Shown piece after piece: positions 35,309-37,133 of a DNA stretch of 37,133 nucleotides (positions are counted from its first letter, which is position 1; every line of letters begins with the position of its first letter). Location: the IMG/VR virus record IMGVR_UViG_2531839477_000018; one strand, 5' to 3'. The position numbers and the translations under genes were made by a program. The stretch comes from a virus. Taxonomy: Duplodnaviria > Heunggongvirae > Uroviricota > Caudoviricetes. Under the pieces are notes generated by a model. That model saw only the letters and a program-made list of their open reading frames with translations. It had not been told where the DNA came from and searched no databases.

Positions 35309-35704
35309 TTACTCAGCATTCTCCTGCTTCCATTGCCGGATCATTTCATCGGTAACATCACTTTCATAACATACCACGTCATACCCTCCAGTACGGCTAT
35401 ATGCACTGCGTCCACCACATCTACTACCATTCCTTGCATGATTATACGGACACGCACAATTGCCTGGATAAGATTCAATGGATTCTTTAATTATTTCTTT
35501 CTTGATCTGAGCATCTGACTTTCCTGTTGCTGCATACCCACTAAAAGATACCAAACAAAGGCAGATTGCCATTAATAAACCACATCGCATACCGATACAC
35601 TCTATTACTAACCAATCATAGCCCACATCATAAAATCGAGATGAGGAGTACAACACCTTTAACAAGAAGGTGCCATCACGATAATATGCCGTGCAATTCA
35701 TCAA
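35309..35704 (-). CDS. Hypothetical cysteine-rich secreted protein
   Basis: ORF with internal signal-peptide-like segment (MRCGLLMAICLCLVSFSGYAATG) followed by a Cys-rich ~70-aa region; weak RBS at either candidate start (35704 or about 35590); AT-rich surroundings. Confidence 0.35.
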   Translation of the reverse strand: MMNCTAYYRDGTFLLKVLYSSSRFYDVGYDWLVIECIGMRCGLLMAICLCLVSFSGYAATGKSDAQIKKEIIKESIESYPGNCACPYNHARNGSRCGGRSAYSRTGGYDVVCYESDVTDEMIRQWKQENAE

Positions 35705-35840
35705 AAAAAAGATCTATATCAAAGAGATAGAGTTATTATCAGTGCTGCAGACATCAGCATTCGAGGCAGCAGAAAGACAGTAAATCTAACGAATTTGTCT
35801 TTTTCTCAGGATGTTGTCAGATTAAAAAAGATAGAGTAGC

Positions 35841-35925
35841 GCAGACACCTTTTGGTGGATGGTAGGAGGAAAAATGAAGTTGAGTGGGAAGATCCCAGAA
35901 AAAACTTTGGTTTAACCAAGGCCCT
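35841..35925 (+). repeat. Degenerate second copy of the hok-type leader (imperfect direct repeat of 34841-34925)
   Basis: ~70-75% identity over ~85 bp with the leader upstream of the hok-like gene, including a short mok-like leader ORF; no intact toxin ORF follows. Confidence 0.4.
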
Positions 35926-36063
35926 AGTTCAATATGCGAAATGCAGATGAGTTGCAGGAGAGTTTTGCTTCACCCTTAGAGTTTAAACAGACGTGTACTA
36001 TCATTATTTCTGCATATCGCCACACCATCGCCACTTTACCGCCATTTAACAAAATACAAATAC

Positions 36064-36087
36064 AAAAAAACCACCCGAAGGTGGTTT
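36064..36087 (-). terminator. Rho-independent terminator of the glyW-cysT-leuZ operon
   Basis: Minus-strand AACCACC-ttcg-GGTGGTT hairpin followed by TTTTTTT, just downstream of leuZ. Confidence 0.6.
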
Positions 36088-36130
36088 CACGACACTGCTT
36101 ATTGCTTTGATTTTATTCTTATCTTTCCCA

Positions 36131-36217
36131 TGGTACCCGGAGCGGGACTTGAACCCGCACAGCGCGAACGCCGAGGGATTTTAAATCCCTTGTGTCTACC
36201 GATTCCACCATCCGGGC
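36131..36217 (-). tRNA. leuZ: tRNA-Leu (anticodon UAA)
   Basis: Reverse complement reads GCCCGGATGGTGGAATCGGTAGACACAAGGGATTTAAAATCCCTCGGCGTTCGCGCTGTGCGGGTTCAAGTCCCGCTCCGGGTACCA, 87 nt with CCA end. Confidence 0.95.
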
Positions 36218-36229
36218 TCGGGAAGAAAG

Positions 36230-36303
36230 TGGAGGCGCGTTCCGGAGTCGAACCGGACTAGACGGATTTGCAATCCGCTACATAACCGCTTTGTTAACGC
36301 GCC
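36230..36303 (-). tRNA. cysT: tRNA-Cys (anticodon GCA)
   Basis: Reverse complement reads GGCGCGTTAACAAAGCGGTTATGTAGCGGATTGCAAATCCGTCTAGTCCGGTTCGACTCCGGAACGCGCCTCCA, 74 nt. Confidence 0.95.
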
Positions 36304-36357
36304 AAATTCTTCAGGCCTTTCAGCCAGACATCCGCTTGAGGCCGATGTCTTTTAAAC

Positions 36358-36433
<76 letters not shown>

Positions 36434-36584
36434 ATTCATCAAGCAATCAGTTAATCACTTGATTTTATTATCGTCTGGCAATCAGTGCCGCCGTTCGATG
36501 CGTTGCATTCTACTTACCTGGCGCGATGAGTCAACGATATTTTTCACCACTTTTGATCGTTTGCTGAAAATTGCGCCGAAACGA

Positions 36585-37133
36585 TCACTGATCAAGCAAA
36601 TCTGCACGCGCAGCGCTCAAATATTGCAACATTGACCACAGAGTCAGTACCGCAGCCACAAAGAAAAGTGCAATACCGGCGTACTCAACCCAAATGTTCG
36701 GACGCCACAGCAGCCAGGCCAACGCCACCATCTGGGCAGTGGTTTTCACTTTCCCAATCCAGGAGACAGCCACGCTACTGCGTTTACCCAACTCCGCCAT
36801 CCATTCGCGTAGCGCAGAAATAATAATTTCACGGGCGATCATCGTTGCCGCCGGTAGGGTCACCCACCAGCTGTGATAATGCTCGGTTACCAGCACCATG
36901 GCGATAGCCACGAGAACTTTATCTGCTACAGGGTCAAGGAAAGCACCAAACCGGGTACTCTGGTTCCAGCGGCGTGCCAGAAAACCATCGAACCAGTCAG
37001 TCACCGCCGCGACGCAGAAAATGAGCGCGGCGGCAAACGGCGACCAGGTGACAGGCAGATAAAAGACCAATACAAAGAATGGGATAAGGATGACACGGAA
37101 CAGTGTAAGCAACGTAGGGATATTAAATTGCAT
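36585..37133 (-). CDS. pgsA: CDP-diacylglycerol--glycerol-3-phosphate 3-phosphatidyltransferase
   Basis: 182-aa [30 protein letters not shown].. with the CDP-alcohol phosphotransferase motif D-G-x2-A-R...D-x3-D (..[19 protein letters not shown]..); conserved E. coli neighbourhood pgsA-glyW-cysT-leuZ; start is the last codon of the window. Confidence 0.95.

Noticed and set aside
36131-36217. leuZ as the integration target (tRNA 3'-end insertion)
   Set aside because: The tRNA is full length with its native terminator intact and no duplicated tRNA 3' fragment is visible inside the window; the integrase-proximal junction is outside the window, so a tRNA-targeted insertion is not supported by what can be seen

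Overview
The window is almost entirely one P2-like (Peduovirus-type) temperate myovirus prophage, from the integrase gene (1-1002, minus strand) to the ogr late-activator gene (34529-34789), followed by about 1.3 kb of AT-rich DNA and then E. coli-type host genes: the glyW-cysT-leuZ tRNA operon (36131-36433, minus) and pgsA (36585-37133, minus). All calls rest on reading the six-frame translations and the DNA by eye and on remembered family signatures; no database search was run, so family names are inferences. Recognisable modules are: integrase, an HTH repressor with a divergent early operon of small proteins, rolling-circle replication protein A, head genes Q P O N M L, a lysis cassette (X, holin, M15 endolysin, overlapping LysB/LysC), tail and baseplate genes R S V W J I H G, an invertible tail-fibre segment with a Pin/Gin/Hin-type invertase, the tail block FI FII E(+E' frameshift) T U, then D and ogr. 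Observations that stand out: (1) a ParM/ParR-like actin-type partition module with palindromic repeats sits in the variable region between A and the packaging genes, where P2 carries tin/old; (2) the FI-FII-E-T-U block is inverted relative to canonical P2 order, leaving FI and D divergent across a 157-bp spacer; (3) the repressor is followed on the same strand by two cargo genes, and the repressor C-terminus shares an NNR(I/V)AGRD(Y/F) motif with the N-terminus of the next protein; (4) an unannotated 46-aa Hok/Gef-family toxin gene lies just past ogr, with a degenerate copy of its leader 1 kb away; (5) a 300-bp structured non-coding gap lies in the early region. I cannot tell from sequence alone which, if any, of these is undescribed; the partition module and the repressor-linked cargo are my best candidates for something new.
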